A DNA stretch of 64,000 nucleotides, from the IMG/VR virus record IMGVR_UViG_3300008266_011401; one strand, written 5' to 3'. Below, one piece after another: positions 38,245-48,454 of the stretch; positions within the stretch are counted from its first letter, which is position 1, and each line of letters begins with the position of its first letter. Made by a program: the position numbers and the translations under genes. This DNA is from an uncultured virus (IMG/VR IMGVR_UViG_3300008266_011401). Its lineage: Duplodnaviria; Heunggongvirae; Uroviricota; Caudoviricetes. The notes beneath the pieces are model-generated. The model worked only from the letters and a program-made list of their open reading frames with translations. It searched no databases and was not told where the DNA came from.

Positions 38245-38572
38245 TTCCGTGTGTAAGGTCACCAGGTTTTGCGTGTTCAACACACGATGTATAATACCAA
38301 CCTTTACCTCGTACTTCACCAGGTTTGCCGCAGGTTTCACAAATTTTAACACTTTCATATCCCACTTCACGAATTACTTGATCAAGTTCATCATTACCAT
38401 AATCTGTGTAGATACGAAGTCCTCCAAACTTTTCCTTGACCTGTACAATCTTTACCGTACCTTTAATAGATTCCAGTACATCGTATACACGATTAATTAG
38501 GCCAGCCCACCCAGCACCAACACTTGCAAGTGCATCTTCTCTGGTATATCCTTTATATTTCACAAATGACAT
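38219..38572 (-). CDS. Conserved phage protein with Zn-ribbon
   Basis: GW..L, QVKEKFGGLRIY, CETCG...C..H; GAGG RBS. Confidence 0.7.
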   Translation of the reverse strand: MSFVKYKGYTREDALASVGAGWAGLINRVYDVLESIKGTVKIVQVKEKFGGLRIYTDYGNDELDQVIREVGYESVKICETCGKPGEVRGKGWYYTSCVEHAKPGDLTHGNDDAEEEN

Positions 38573-38599
38573 AGTTTCCTCGTGGGTAGATACACTTAA

Positions 38600-38635
38600 A
38601 ATATAACAAAAAACCCACTCAAAGTCAAGTGGGTT
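38600..38635 (-). promoter_or_regulatory. Overlapping terminator and sigma70 promoter
   Basis: AACCCAC-TTGACT-TTGAGTGGGTT-TTTT hairpin with -35 in the loop; TATATT 17 nt downstream. Confidence 0.75.
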
Positions 38636-38861
38636 ATGCAATAATATCTATTTTTGAACCTATTGGAAATCTATTATATAACTCCTGTTCCAGTAATAAT
38701 ATATTATTATCTAAAAATTCTATGCTTGGTGGATTTTCAAAACCTTCGTATATTACGAAATCACCTTTACCAACACTTATGTGAAACATATTATTTTCTT
38801 GAAGTATAGAATACCAACATCCAGTGTTAGTCGTTCCCTTTTTCTTCCCGTAATGTGTCAT
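38634..38861 (-). CDS. Hypothetical protein
   Basis: 75-aa ORF. Confidence 0.45.
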   Translation of the reverse strand: MTHYGKKKGTTNTGCWYSILQENNMFHISVGKGDFVIYEGFENPPSIEFLDNNILLLEQELYNRFPIGSKIDIIA

Positions 38862-39135
38862 ATAATCCCGTTAATTGTGATTCTTTGCTAAGTATGGCCA
38901 GTTTCCATCTTGCTTGGTCTTGGTTCCAATCACCAGTTAACCCAGGAAATAATTCCCAGAATAATCCAGAGGCAAGTAGTTCTGTGTATTCTTTATCAAC
39001 ATCATCATAACTTGCTGTGTGTGGGAGTCCACTATACTCACAGATGGGTGTACCGAAGGCACGTTCCCAGTTATTTGCGAATGTTTTTTGATCTACACTT
39101 AATGGTCTTGGGGAGTCACCTTTTCCATTACTCAT
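38827..39135 (-). CDS. Hypothetical phage protein
   Basis: GKGDSPRP.SV....F..NW...F pattern. Confidence 0.6.
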   Translation of the reverse strand: MSNGKGDSPRPLSVDQKTFANNWERAFGTPICEYSGLPHTASYDDVDKEYTELLASGLFWELFPGLTGDWNQDQARWKLAILSKESQLTGLYDTLREEKGND

Positions 39136-39610
39136 AATAAAGTACCTCTACACCTGCTTCACTGAACATAATCATACTTCGTTTAATACTTTCTTCCCAT
39201 ATTGGACCCTTTGCTCCATCTTGACTAAAATGCTCAATATAAATTTTCTTAATGCCGGCGTTTATAATTCCACGTGCACAATCTGCACACGGCATTCCAC
39301 ACGTAAGATACATTGTACAACCTGTTGTAGATACACCAATTCGTGCTGCGTTGTATATCGCATTTCGTTCTGCGTGTTCAAACCAAAAATACTTCTCAGG
39401 ACGTTCTTGCCGTTCAAGAACATCATCGTTAATACCACGAGGAAACGAATTGTATCCAGTAGAAACAATTTCATTATCTTTACCAACAATCACCGCACCG
39501 ATTTGTGTATACTTGTCTTTTGACTTTTGTTTTACATGCCCAGCAATTCCACGAAAATATCTGGCCCAACTCAGGTTAACCATTTTTATAATTTCCTCTG
39601 TTGTTGTCAT
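39128..39610 (-). CDS. dCMP deaminase
   Basis: GYN, HAERNA, PCADC. Confidence 0.93.
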   Translation of the reverse strand: MTTTEEIIKMVNLSWARYFRGIAGHVKQKSKDKYTQIGAVIVGKDNEIVSTGYNSFPRGINDDVLERQERPEKYFWFEHAERNAIYNAARIGVSTTGCTMYLTCGMPCADCARGIINAGIKKIYIEHFSQDGAKGPIWEESIKRSMIMFSEAGVEVLYYE

Positions 39611-40086
39611 AGTTTAGCCTTCTTGATTACTTTTTCTTCCGTTCCGTACATTTGACACAACTTTCGTAATTCTTCTTTGTTGTGCTTGTAGTAGATTTCG
39701 AGGTAGTCTGTAGCTTCTGCTGCGCTAATGTCATAATGTTTCCTAACCAAGTCAACCATCCACGACTCATATACCGACTCCTTTTTACTCTTAATGTACT
39801 TATTAAACTGTCGCCCTTTCGGAATAACTCGGCTGAAGAAGGCGTAGTGTATATCATTTGGTAATGTGTATTTCTGCATCTCGTTCACGAACGGAGATTG
39901 ATGCGGATTCATACTCAGAAATTTATTGACCATATACACACTGTATGATTTCTTATCAGCATCGGACAATGTATCAAAATAGTCTGGATTCTGCCCAACA
40001 TAAATTTGCTCTATGTGGTCAAACAGTCCCTTCGTTTTCGATTGATTCGTTTCCTTCGTCTGTGCTTGTTTCTTCTTCGGTGGCAT
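39607..40086 (-). CDS. Clamp loader small subunit (T4 gp62-like)
   Basis: Y.VNKFLSM...NEMQ...Y.F....PK...Y.K, near the clamp loader ATPase. Confidence 0.6.
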   Translation of the reverse strand: MPPKKKQAQTKETNQSKTKGLFDHIEQIYVGQNPDYFDTLSDADKKSYSVYMVNKFLSMNPHQSPFVNEMQKYTLPNDIHYAFFSRVIPKGRQFNKYIKSKKESVYESWMVDLVRKHYDISAAEATDYLEIYYKHNKEELRKLCQMYGTEEKVIKKAKL

Positions 40087-40765
40087 TGGTTAGCTCTCGT
40101 TTAATTTCTTCTATTACATCACGAAGTTTGTGGGCTTCAATGAAGGGTGTATAATCAATATACGTTGGATTTGAAATTTTGTCAACATCTTCTTGTGTAA
40201 AATCAATCCCCAAACGTTCATTTAACTCTGGTAGATATTCCGTAGATGGTTTCTGCATCATTTCGTGGTCAACCATACTAACGTGTAATCCAGACTTTAA
40301 TAAATGTGGTTTAATTACATCGTAATAATATAGAATAGTTTCCAAAATATACTTTAATAAACTTCTGTCAAGTGGAATATTTTCGGGTGTTTCCAATTGC
40401 TCAGTTAAAAACTCTACCAGTGCTGCGTGTTCACCATTACCATTTTCCTGTGCATACGACAATAGTAACCAACTTGCAGCTTGTTGCGTGATATCCAATC
40501 TTTCGGCCAAAACAATTCTATCAAATGCATGCCACGGAAATGTCTGGTAATCTAATATATTTTTATAACTTGTCAATGTGGTACTGGTAATCTTAACAGA
40601 AAAATCATCCGTGTTCGTCATCATGTCTAATTTTTCTTCCACGGATTTTACAATCGGACCTTCGGAAAACAATTCCGAATAATCTGTTAAATTAAACTTT
40701 GTAGAGAAAAGTGTTCCCAACATACTTGAACACGTACGTGGGGTCGAAACAATAGCTACTCTCAT
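40019..40765 (-). CDS. Sulfotransferase-like protein
   Basis: STPRTCSS 5'-PSB loop, ELF, L.R.D...Q..S. Confidence 0.6.
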   Translation of the reverse strand: MRVAIVSTPRTCSSMLGTLFSTKFNLTDYSELFSEGPIVKSVEEKLDMMTNTDDFSVKITSTTLTSYKNILDYQTFPWHAFDRIVLAERLDITQQAASWLLLSYAQENGNGEHAALVEFLTEQLETPENIPLDRSLLKYILETILYYYDVIKPHLLKSGLHVSMVDHEMMQKPSTEYLPELNERLGIDFTQEDVDKISNPTYIDYTPFIEAHKLRDVIEEIKRELTNATEEETSTDEGNESIENEGTV

Positions 40766-41589
40766 ACATTCTCCTTCAATTCTACTTTCTGAGGTTTCCA
40801 CCCATTATCTACACCTTGAATAACTTCGATGTTTTCCACAACTCCATCGGTAACAGTGACCTTTTGAATCAACTGTACGTATTCTTTAATATCGTTATAT
40901 GGTATGACTGGAATTTTTAAGTTTTTCATCATACGCTTCTTTTCCTTCTTGTCACAGAGAAAATAAATATACCGATGTTTGGCTGTTTCCTCTTTTCTCC
41001 AAAAAGTACGACCAATTCGTTTTGCTAGATTCTCCACGGATTTATTACCAAACTTTGCCCCCACTGTTCGTGAGTGCATCCACAATCCTCCTTCCTCTAA
41101 GAGAAGTGAGAAATCAGGCATCAACTTGGAATATCCACATCCCTGATATATCCAATTCGTTGCTCGGTAAATACCACCCGTGTGTGATTGTTCTGGGTCT
41201 GCGTAACTGACCAATACTTTTACTCGTGAATCATTATCTCTCATCCAGTGGAAGGATTGTGCAATAGAATAACTTTCAATATTCTTTCCATACCCATCAA
41301 GAATAACCAATCTGGTGAGTTCTAATACTTCGTCTAGTTCTAATCCGTCTACAATACTATCAACCGTTCTATTACTTACAGGATGCCCATAAGTCATACA
41401 ACCAATCAACTGTTCGTTTTCACCGGCAAAGAACATATGTTCAGTTTCCTCACGATAAAAAATCCCTAGGGCATATCGTGTGGAACTGAACTTATGTGTG
41501 TAATGGTGCTTTTCGATAAAATCCCGTGCCACAGCTTTACTAATTTCTCTAACTGAGACACGGGACTTATCAACAAACGTTTGTTCCAT
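40762..41589 (-). CDS. Mom-family (GNAT-fold) DNA modification protein
   Basis: FIEKHHY, G..TYG.P, LELTRL, ES, LVSYADP.Q.H.G.IYRATNW.Y.G. Confidence 0.78.
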   Translation of the reverse strand: MEQTFVDKSRVSVREISKAVARDFIEKHHYTHKFSSTRYALGIFYREETEHMFFAGENEQLIGCMTYGHPVSNRTVDSIVDGLELDEVLELTRLVILDGYGKNIESYSIAQSFHWMRDNDSRVKVLVSYADPEQSHTGGIYRATNWIYQGCGYSKLMPDFSLLLEEGGLWMHSRTVGAKFGNKSVENLAKRIGRTFWRKEETAKHRYIYFLCDKKEKKRMMKNLKIPVIPYNDIKEYVQLIQKVTVTDGVVENIEVIQGVDNGWKPQKVELKENV

Positions 41590-41592
41590 ATA

Positions 41593-42180
41593 TTACTTGA
41601 TGTCCTGTACCTTATCACAGATTTTATATTTCAACGCTTCCTGCGGAGCTAACCACACATCCTGCGGTGGAAGAAGTCGTTCACGAACAACCTTTTCTGC
41701 CAATCCAGTACACTTCTTGTAATGATTAATCATACGAATCGTAGTCAACTCAAACTCACGCATCGTTGCGATGAGTTCGTGCTCCTTACCTACCTGTCCC
41801 CACGACCACTGATGTGAGAGAATACTCGTATTCGGCGTAATGATACGATGTCCCTTCTCACCAGAAATGAATGTTAACAACCCAGCCGATGCGATACATC
41901 CAAGACCAATCGTACGAACAGGGATTGCACTACCTCGCATTACGTCAATAATAGCGAATGCAGCTGACAAGTCACCACCATAACTGGTAATCATCAATGT
42001 AAGATGGTCATGCTTCTTACTTTTCTGAATGTTTGAATCTAGTATCCACGTAACGACATCTTTTGCTACATTGGTATTAAACTCATCACACAAGTAATAA
42101 ATTCCAGCATCTCGCATAGTTGTTACTGGTGCTGCTGGTACCGATACGATTGGTGCTACTGCGTTAGTAGTTTTTGACAT
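41593..42180 (-). CDS. clpP: ClpP-family protease
   Basis: ITSYGG, ASAG (Ser), SHQ (His), D.WL...EALKY..CD. Confidence 0.88.
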   Translation of the reverse strand: MSKTTNAVAPIVSVPAAPVTTMRDAGIYYLCDEFNTNVAKDVVTWILDSNIQKSKKHDHLTLMITSYGGDLSAAFAIIDVMRGSAIPVRTIGLGCIASAGLLTFISGEKGHRIITPNTSILSHQWSWGQVGKEHELIATMREFELTTIRMINHYKKCTGLAEKVVRERLLPPQDVWLAPQEALKYKICDKVQDIK

Positions 42181-42181
42181 A

Positions 42182-42499
42182 TTACTTCTCTAAAATGAGT
42201 GAGGGCTTGCTCGGAGCCTTTTCCACTTCGGTTGCTGCTTCCTCTTCCATTCCCTTGGGAATTACAGGAAGAAATGACTTATTAATATGACCACATGCAT
42301 TACACGAAAAGGTAGGAATAGGTACAATTGCTTCCTTACCAGTTGGTGAAATAAGTGCAGACATCCGCTTCATCAACATCACTTGTTCAAAGGTGTAATT
42401 ACCACAACGTTCGCAGGAAACATCGTCTGCCTTTGACAAATCCACATTCAACTGCGGCTGTTGCGGTGGTGGTCCACCAAATCGGTTATTCTTTGACAT
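42182..42499 (-). CDS. Zn-ribbon hypothetical protein
   Basis: CERCG...CNACG. Confidence 0.65.
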   Translation of the reverse strand: MSKNNRFGGPPPQQPQLNVDLSKADDVSCERCGNYTFEQVMLMKRMSALISPTGKEAIVPIPTFSCNACGHINKSFLPVIPKGMEEEAATEVEKAPSKPSLILEK

Positions 42500-42505
42500 A
42501 ATTCC

Positions 42506-43420
42506 TCAACCATTTAAAATGTTATACAACGCTGCTACAAAATTAATTTCCTTATCTACTACAAAACTATCACGATACTGTCCCTCTGCGATTTCTCGGA
42601 TAGTATGTGGTACTTTTGCCGGTGCGTAATCAGTTACCTTATCAAAGAGTAATCTATACAGTTCAGCAAAATCCTTTACATTACTATCTGCCACAATCTG
42701 TCTTATTTCATTAACCTTATCTTTCAATGGAAGATTACTCATCAAGACATCTAACACCTTCAACTTGTAATCCCCAGCGATTACTTCCTCAACGTTGAGT
42801 TCCAGTCTACCGCCACTTGTTTGATTTTGCGAAGTATTAATAATCCGGCGAATGTCTGGGTAATATGCGTTAACCAGGGTTGCGATAACAGACTTATCAA
42901 ATCCAACATGTTCCTTCTCCAAAATTTTCATTAAGTGAACTGCCACCTCTTTTTTAGATGGTGGGGTCAACTTGAATACTTGTGCTCTACTAATCAGAGG
43001 ATCAATAATACGTTCCACATAATTACAGGTCAAGATGAAACGAGTATTCTTACTGAACACTTCCATCAAGTTACGAAGTGCTGCCTGTGCCTGTGGGGTA
43101 ATGTAATCCGCCTCGTCGAGTACGATAATCTTCAAGGGTTTAAAACTCATTGTTGCTGCGAAGTTCTTAATCTTAGTACGAATCGTATCTACGGAGTTTT
43201 CATCCGATGCATTGATAAACAAGTAATCACAATCAATATTCTTGACCAGAATCTTCGCTGCGGTGGTCTTACCAGTGCCAGCTGTACCGCAGAAGAGTAG
43301 ATGCGGAACATCTTGCTCTGCGATAAATTGAGTTAACTTGTTCTTTACGTGTTCGTTACCAATGTAATTCTCCAACGTATCAGGCCGGTAGCGTTCTGCC
43401 CAGATTGTATTATCAATCAT
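42506..43420 (-). CDS. Clamp loader ATPase (RFC small subunit/T4 gp44-like)
   Basis: WAERYRP, GTAGTGKT, NASD, LDEAD, AQAALR, SR. Confidence 0.95.
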   Translation of the reverse strand: MIDNTIWAERYRPDTLENYIGNEHVKNKLTQFIAEQDVPHLLFCGTAGTGKTTAAKILVKNIDCDYLFINASDENSVDTIRTKIKNFAATMSFKPLKIIVLDEADYITPQAQAALRNLMEVFSKNTRFILTCNYVERIIDPLISRAQVFKLTPPSKKEVAVHLMKILEKEHVGFDKSVIATLVNAYYPDIRRIINTSQNQTSGGRLELNVEEVIAGDYKLKVLDVLMSNLPLKDKVNEIRQIVADSNVKDFAELYRLLFDKVTDYAPAKVPHTIREIAEGQYRDSFVVDKEINFVAALYNILNG

Positions 43421-44856
43421 TATCTTCCAACCTCATTCAAGTAAGTGTTCTTGGTTTCATCCCAAGTCATCTGAACCATTTTACGATAATATAATGTTTC
43501 ACCATTTAAACGATTATTATCAAATAGATTCAAATATCTTTTGATTGCTTTATCTCTCCACCATAACATAACACTCTCAACATCATTTGTCAACTTCTGT
43601 GATAATATTAGTTTATCTTCGTTGATTTCTCCACGAAGAAATTCACGAGTATTTTCATAGACAGGTGCGAAGTATACACCACGTTGAAATCCATGCTCAT
43701 AATCACTTGCTTTAATACCTAATATCTTAAACAACAATAACATAGTCTGTTGCTTTGGTCCCGTTGGTGGGAATTTGTGTCGTGATTTTTTATCGTATAC
43801 TTCACCAGATGTATGAACAGAATAATTGTCTGCTTCTAATTTAGCAATCAATTCTTCTTTGGTGGTTGCAGTGATACGGATAAACTCGTCCGCACATACC
43901 CATTCTTCACCTTCTTGTGTAATATCTGCGACATACGGAATTGTTGCTTTATCAAATCCTTCCGAATGATTAACTTTTAGATAGTTTGCCCACTCTTGGA
44001 AAATATCATCGTCTGGTTTCAATGCAATCTTACCGGCGGTAACTCCTAATTCTTTCCAGAATGGAATTCGTTGGTACATACTGTGTGAACCATACAACGA
44101 TGTGGTGGTTAATCCCACAAGGATATTTCCAAATTTAGAATTCCAGTAATCACGGACAGACTTCGTTGCCAACAACGATGCAACCAATTTACCACCAAGG
44201 AAATTATACCCAAACGGTTGTGTTGGTACGATGGTGGTTCCGATTGATGTTGAGTTGAGTAATCCATCTTCAAATTTATTCTCCTTAGTCCATCCAATCC
44301 ATTTATCACGAACACCAACAGAGGCAACATCAGAACCCAATGCACAAACGCCAAGGTACTTACCAGAGTTCTTGTCACGAATAAGAATACGAACAAGACG
44401 ACCTGGATTTGCCGTAAACTCAAACGTAGAACACATAACACGAAGATATTTCCAATCACTAAATAACGAAGTATTATCGGGTTCAACAATAACAACTTCT
44501 GGATCTAATTTATTGATTTCTTCAACAGTTAAATCTTTGTTGAGAATATCTGTTGGCCGCCATATTTTGGCTTCAACAATTTGTGCAAGCTGAATATCTT
44601 TTGTATTATTAAAATCCGTTGTTAGTTCTTTCCACTTCTTATACAACGTATTTTCTTGCACCGATTGATTTTTCAACATACCCATATGTTGAACAAACTT
44701 ATTTTTTTCTACATCAAAATCAAACGATGTACCTTCACCACTGAAAAAATCAGTGGCACTGGTGTTCAAGACAACACCACCCTTCGGCGGTTTCTTCGCA
44801 GAAGGGGGTGTATACTGTGCTTGCTTTGGAGTATCGTTGAACTCAAAGAATGACAT
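43420..44856 (-). CDS. DUF4338/DruA-like protein
   Basis: PGR, LG...LGS, RDKWIGW, PFGYNFLGGKL, TTSLYG..S.Y. Confidence 0.7.
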   Translation of the reverse strand: MSFFEFNDTPKQAQYTPPSAKKPPKGGVVLNTSATDFFSGEGTSFDFDVEKNKFVQHMGMLKNQSVQENTLYKKWKELTTDFNNTKDIQLAQIVEAKIWRPTDILNKDLTVEEINKLDPEVVIVEPDNTSLFSDWKYLRVMCSTFEFTANPGRLVRILIRDKNSGKYLGVCALGSDVASVGVRDKWIGWTKENKFEDGLLNSTSIGTTIVPTQPFGYNFLGGKLVASLLATKSVRDYWNSKFGNILVGLTTTSLYGSHSMYQRIPFWKELGVTAGKIALKPDDDIFQEWANYLKVNHSEGFDKATIPYVADITQEGEEWVCADEFIRITATTKEELIAKLEADNYSVHTSGEVYDKKSRHKFPPTGPKQQTMLLLFKILGIKASDYEHGFQRGVYFAPVYENTREFLRGEINEDKLILSQKLTNDVESVMLWWRDKAIKRYLNLFDNNRLNGETLYYRKMVQMTWDETKNTYLNEVGR

Positions 44857-45575
44857 TAGGAAGCTGTCTGAATCTGAACGAGGTAGTAGTCGGTGTTGTA
44901 ATCAGTGACACCAAACTTGACATATGCCAATCCCTTACTACTAACCTTCAAGACACCACTAGCTGCTTCCTTATTTGCAGCGATAATTTCCTTAAAGTAT
45001 CGTGCAGAGAAATTGATGGGAGTAATTTTTGCATTCTTTGTAGTTTCTACATCAAGAGTGATACGATTGGTATTCATATCAGAATATCCAAGAACAATCT
45101 GTGCAGAATCACCATCACTAAGGACGGTAAAAGTTTCTACATCGGACAATGCACCTCGAGCCTTCAAGAAGGTATTCATCACCTTCTGGTCCAGCTTGAT
45201 TTCAATATCAAATGCGGGGAGTTGCTTCAAATCAGGCGCAGCGGGGATAACTGCGGAATCCGCCAATACGTAATCAACCTTTGCGTTACTATCGGTGAGG
45301 TGGATAGCAGAAACTCTATCACCGACCTTCTTAGTGGTAATCGTAACAGCTTCACCAAGAACTGATAGCATTGATGACAACTGCTTAGTATCAAAGATAC
45401 CATAGTCACCTTCGTCCAGCTTGGCGTCCTTAACCGTGACGATACCAAGTACATTCTTGTCGTCGGAAATACACTTTACGGTGATATCATTACCGTCCGA
45501 CTTCCACAACACACTTTCACAAGAACCACCAAGAGAATACTTACTAATGAACTTTTCTAACTTTGTCTTTTCCAT
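44856..45575 (-). CDS. DNA sliding clamp (T4 gp45-like)
   Basis: GIFD..QL..MLS, Y.LAD..VI; size and position upstream of the clamp loader. Confidence 0.8.
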   Translation of the reverse strand: MEKTKLEKFISKYSLGGSCESVLWKSDGNDITVKCISDDKNVLGIVTVKDAKLDEGDYGIFDTKQLSSMLSVLGEAVTITTKKVGDRVSAIHLTDSNAKVDYVLADSAVIPAAPDLKQLPAFDIEIKLDQKVMNTFLKARGALSDVETFTVLSDGDSAQIVLGYSDMNTNRITLDVETTKNAKITPINFSARYFKEIIAANKEAASGVLKVSSKGLAYVKFGVTDYNTDYYLVQIQTAS

Positions 45576-45595
45576 AACCGTTTAACCTCTGTTGT

Positions 45596-46264
45596 TTAAT
45601 TAAAACCGAACCAATCACCGTAATGTGATGGGCGTACCGTACCAAAATCTGCACTTATACTTGCTGACAATCGTTTACTTCTTGGAATACACTTATGATA
45701 CCTTCTGTATGGAATATACAACACATCCCCAGGATGTAAAGTGTACACCAAATCTTTTTTTAATAAATCATCATTTAAACAAATAACTTCATTTGGATTT
45801 CCGTTCCAAGTTTCTGCGTATACTGTCCAATCGGAAATTCCATCTAATTGTAATATTAACACATATTGGGAATCTGCGTGTGCGTGGAATGACTTGGAAG
45901 TATTTTTCAATCCACCGTAAATATTTGTACTGACATATCTATTTTGTATCTGTGAAAATATATTTGATGCGTAGAATAGTCCTTTGGTATACCGTTCCAT
46001 TGCATTTAATATAAATGATTTACCATCATAAATTTCAGAAGCTATAGTTTTAGTAGGTGTACTACTTGTTTCTGTACTTCTGTATGTTTCTATTTTTGAT
46101 TTATTATCACCAATAATAACAATATCGGAATTGTGGTAATTATCATTTATATAACTTTCTACATTACTCCACGTAAATATAGATTTGGGTGTACAAGAAT
46201 TGGTAAGAACAAATGTACGTTCTTTATCTTCAATAATTTTTTCAAAAACTACATCGTTTACCAT
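45596..46264 (-). CDS. JmjC/cupin 2OG oxygenase (RoxA-like)
   Basis: HAD...LQLDG...W...L.PGDVLYIP...H. Confidence 0.82.
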   Translation of the reverse strand: MVNDVVFEKIIEDKERTFVLTNSCTPKSIFTWSNVESYINDNYHNSDIVIIGDNKSKIETYRSTETSSTPTKTIASEIYDGKSFILNAMERYTKGLFYASNIFSQIQNRYVSTNIYGGLKNTSKSFHAHADSQYVLILQLDGISDWTVYAETWNGNPNEVICLNDDLLKKDLVYTLHPGDVLYIPYRRYHKCIPRSKRLSASISADFGTVRPSHYGDWFGFN

Positions 46265-46620
46265 CTATCCCACTCCCGCATCCACAATCTGTCAAGTTTA
46301 CCATAACTAAATCGTGCGAAGTAATCGTATTTTTTCCCGTCTATCGGAATACCATTGTAAAATCTAATATCACCGTGCAAATCTGTCAAGTAGTCCCTGC
46401 GATAAGTACCTTCTACTTTTTTTAAATATCCTTTTACAATAGGTCGTGTTTCATCGTCTACCCATTCATAATCCCACTTCTCACAATATATCTGACCCTT
46501 TGCAGTAATAACATATTGTTCCATAACATTATCAAATGATTTTGTTTGGAATTCTTCGTTAGTAATAAAGGAATATCCCGGTAATTGTATTTCACATTTT
46601 ATATAATCAAACATTCCCAT
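46258..46620 (-). CDS. Conserved hypothetical phage protein
   Basis: MGMFD.I...FQTK...G.IRFY. Confidence 0.65.
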   Translation of the reverse strand: MGMFDYIKCEIQLPGYSFITNEEFQTKSFDNVMEQYVITAKGQIYCEKWDYEWVDDETRPIVKGYLKKVEGTYRRDYLTDLHGDIRFYNGIPIDGKKYDYFARFSYGKLDRLWMREWDRW

Positions 46621-46623
46621 ACT

Positions 46624-47229
46624 TTACTCCTTTACAAAAGCAGTTTCTTCTGGATTAATTCCTATACTTTCTACATAATATATTTTGTGATTCACTTTTA
46701 ATTTTATTGGTAATTTCCAATTAGTGAAGCTATCTTCCCACCATCGTACCCGATTGTTTGGCATGGCTGCGAGATACCCCTCTTCCGACACCAACATATT
46801 AAAACTTTTATCTTGTTGTGGTGCGTTGGAATAACCATCATCATAAAATTCGATTGCCCATCCCAATCCACGGCCGGAAAATTTGTTACCGTGCGAATCT
46901 ATCCACTCAGCACTTAATCCTTTGGAAAACTTCATATCTATAATACCAAATTCTGTACCGAAACATCCCCACACTTGATGAGTATGTAAATTTTTTGCAG
47001 GAGGTATTTGTTTGGTGGTATCTTGTCCAATAACAAGTCCGTGAATGGGTACACCACGATATTGTGCACCATTTTCCAATAACACAGAAAATGTCAACGC
47101 CTGTGTGGGTCTAACCGATACTGCATGAATAATACAATTATCTAGTCCAGTGTCCGTTCCATTGGTAATAAATTCACGACGAACTTTACCATATAAGTGA
47201 TACGGAAGAGATGCGGTCAACGAATACAT
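46624..47229 (-). CDS. Hypothetical protein
   Basis: 201-aa coupled ORF; GA...P.H, PNNR. Confidence 0.6.
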   Translation of the reverse strand: MYSLTASLPYHLYGKVRREFITNGTDTGLDNCIIHAVSVRPTQALTFSVLLENGAQYRGVPIHGLVIGQDTTKQIPPAKNLHTHQVWGCFGTEFGIIDMKFSKGLSAEWIDSHGNKFSGRGLGWAIEFYDDGYSNAPQQDKSFNMLVSEEGYLAAMPNNRVRWWEDSFTNWKLPIKLKVNHKIYYVESIGINPEETAFVKE

Positions 47230-48083
47230 TACATTAATTTGGATAATGTTTTAAGTGTGTCTTTATATTCTTCTTGATAATCACGAGTCCATCGGTACAA
47301 TCCAAGAAGTAATTGTGCTCCCTTTTCCGTGGTATGTGCCTTTAACATCAAAGCCTCCAAGGATTCGTTCAATCTGTCTCCCCACTTCTTCGCGTAACCC
47401 AACCAATGGTAATGTGCTTTAAAATCGTGTTGTACGAAACGTAGAGATACTTCAGCTTCACCTAAGAATGAGGCATATGCATGAAGTGACGCACTAATGG
47501 GACGGCCTGATGCTTTGTGTCCAACAGCAGCTTGTGCTGTGTCATCATAACTATTCACAATAGAGTGATGTAGTTCTTCAACTGGATTTAAGACAAATTC
47601 ATTATTGTGATGTAACATATCGAATACTTCTGGTGTACATCCCTTTCCAAATCCTAGTGCTGTAAATTTCCAATGAATCATTTCGTGATACATGTTTCGA
47701 ACCGTAACCACTGCATCACCAGGAAGAGGAGCCATAACAATCCAAGAATTTGGATATTCAACTGCCGCCAACTGACATGAGAATTCGTTCCTATCGGCTG
47801 CAAGTTCGATTGGAGTGAATACATCCACTAAATTTGTTATGGTATTCCATATAGTAGGTACTGCTCGTGGAGCAATTTGTGCCAATGTATTTAAGTGAGA
47901 ATCGTTATTGGCAAATGAGGTGGGTAATGTAGATGGATTAAAAGAATGAACATACATACCAGAAACTTTCTTATATGGAAATTCTTTTTTAACAAATCCC
48001 TTTTGCAACTTAATTTGTTTAAACACCTCTACATCATAACCATCGGGTTGTGCTTGGATAACCCTACTATAATCTATTGTCAT
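47229..48083 (-). CDS. aKG-HExxH-like peptide-modifying protein (paralog 2)
   Basis: YHEMIHWKF plus RPISASLHAYASF. Confidence 0.65.
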   Translation of the reverse strand: MTIDYSRVIQAQPDGYDVEVFKQIKLQKGFVKKEFPYKKVSGMYVHSFNPSTLPTSFANNDSHLNTLAQIAPRAVPTIWNTITNLVDVFTPIELAADRNEFSCQLAAVEYPNSWIVMAPLPGDAVVTVRNMYHEMIHWKFTALGFGKGCTPEVFDMLHHNNEFVLNPVEELHHSIVNSYDDTAQAAVGHKASGRPISASLHAYASFLGEAEVSLRFVQHDFKAHYHWLGYAKKWGDRLNESLEALMLKAHTTEKGAQLLLGLYRWTRDYQEEYKDTLKTLSKLM

Positions 48084-48454
48084 AAAACCTCTTCCCATGC
48101 ATACTGGGCGTTTAATTTAAAGGTACCGACATATCCACCCCAGAACGCTTGAGCAGGATTTACCAGTGATATAAAAGCAGATCCATTTTGCTTCTTATAT
48201 AGATAGTAAGTATCCCCAATATTCGGCTTAAAACTTATTGAACTTTCATACAACATTTTATTGATAGAATATTCTCGTACCAACTTTTCATAATCCCGTA
48301 CAACAACATCATACCGTTCTTTAAAATAATGTTTAAACGTGGGAGACACTTCTGCTTTCCAAGTATCAACATCAACTGGATGAATTGTTGCTGGTGCGTT
48401 AGGTGTGATTCCATACGTTAATGCGTTTGGATTTTTATTTTCATCATCGTTCAT
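48080..48454 (-). CDS. DUF2452-like protein
   Basis: F.P.IG.TYYLY, G.FKL....W. Confidence 0.55.
   Translation of the reverse strand: MNDDENKNPNALTYGITPNAPATIHPVDVDTWKAEVSPTFKHYFKERYDVVVRDYEKLVREYSINKMLYESSISFKPNIGDTYYLYKKQNGSAFISLVNPAQAFWGGYVGTFKLNAQYAWEEVL

Noticed and set aside
43420..44856. Complete Druantia defence system
   Set aside because: Only a DruA-like gene is present, without the DruE helicase or other partners.
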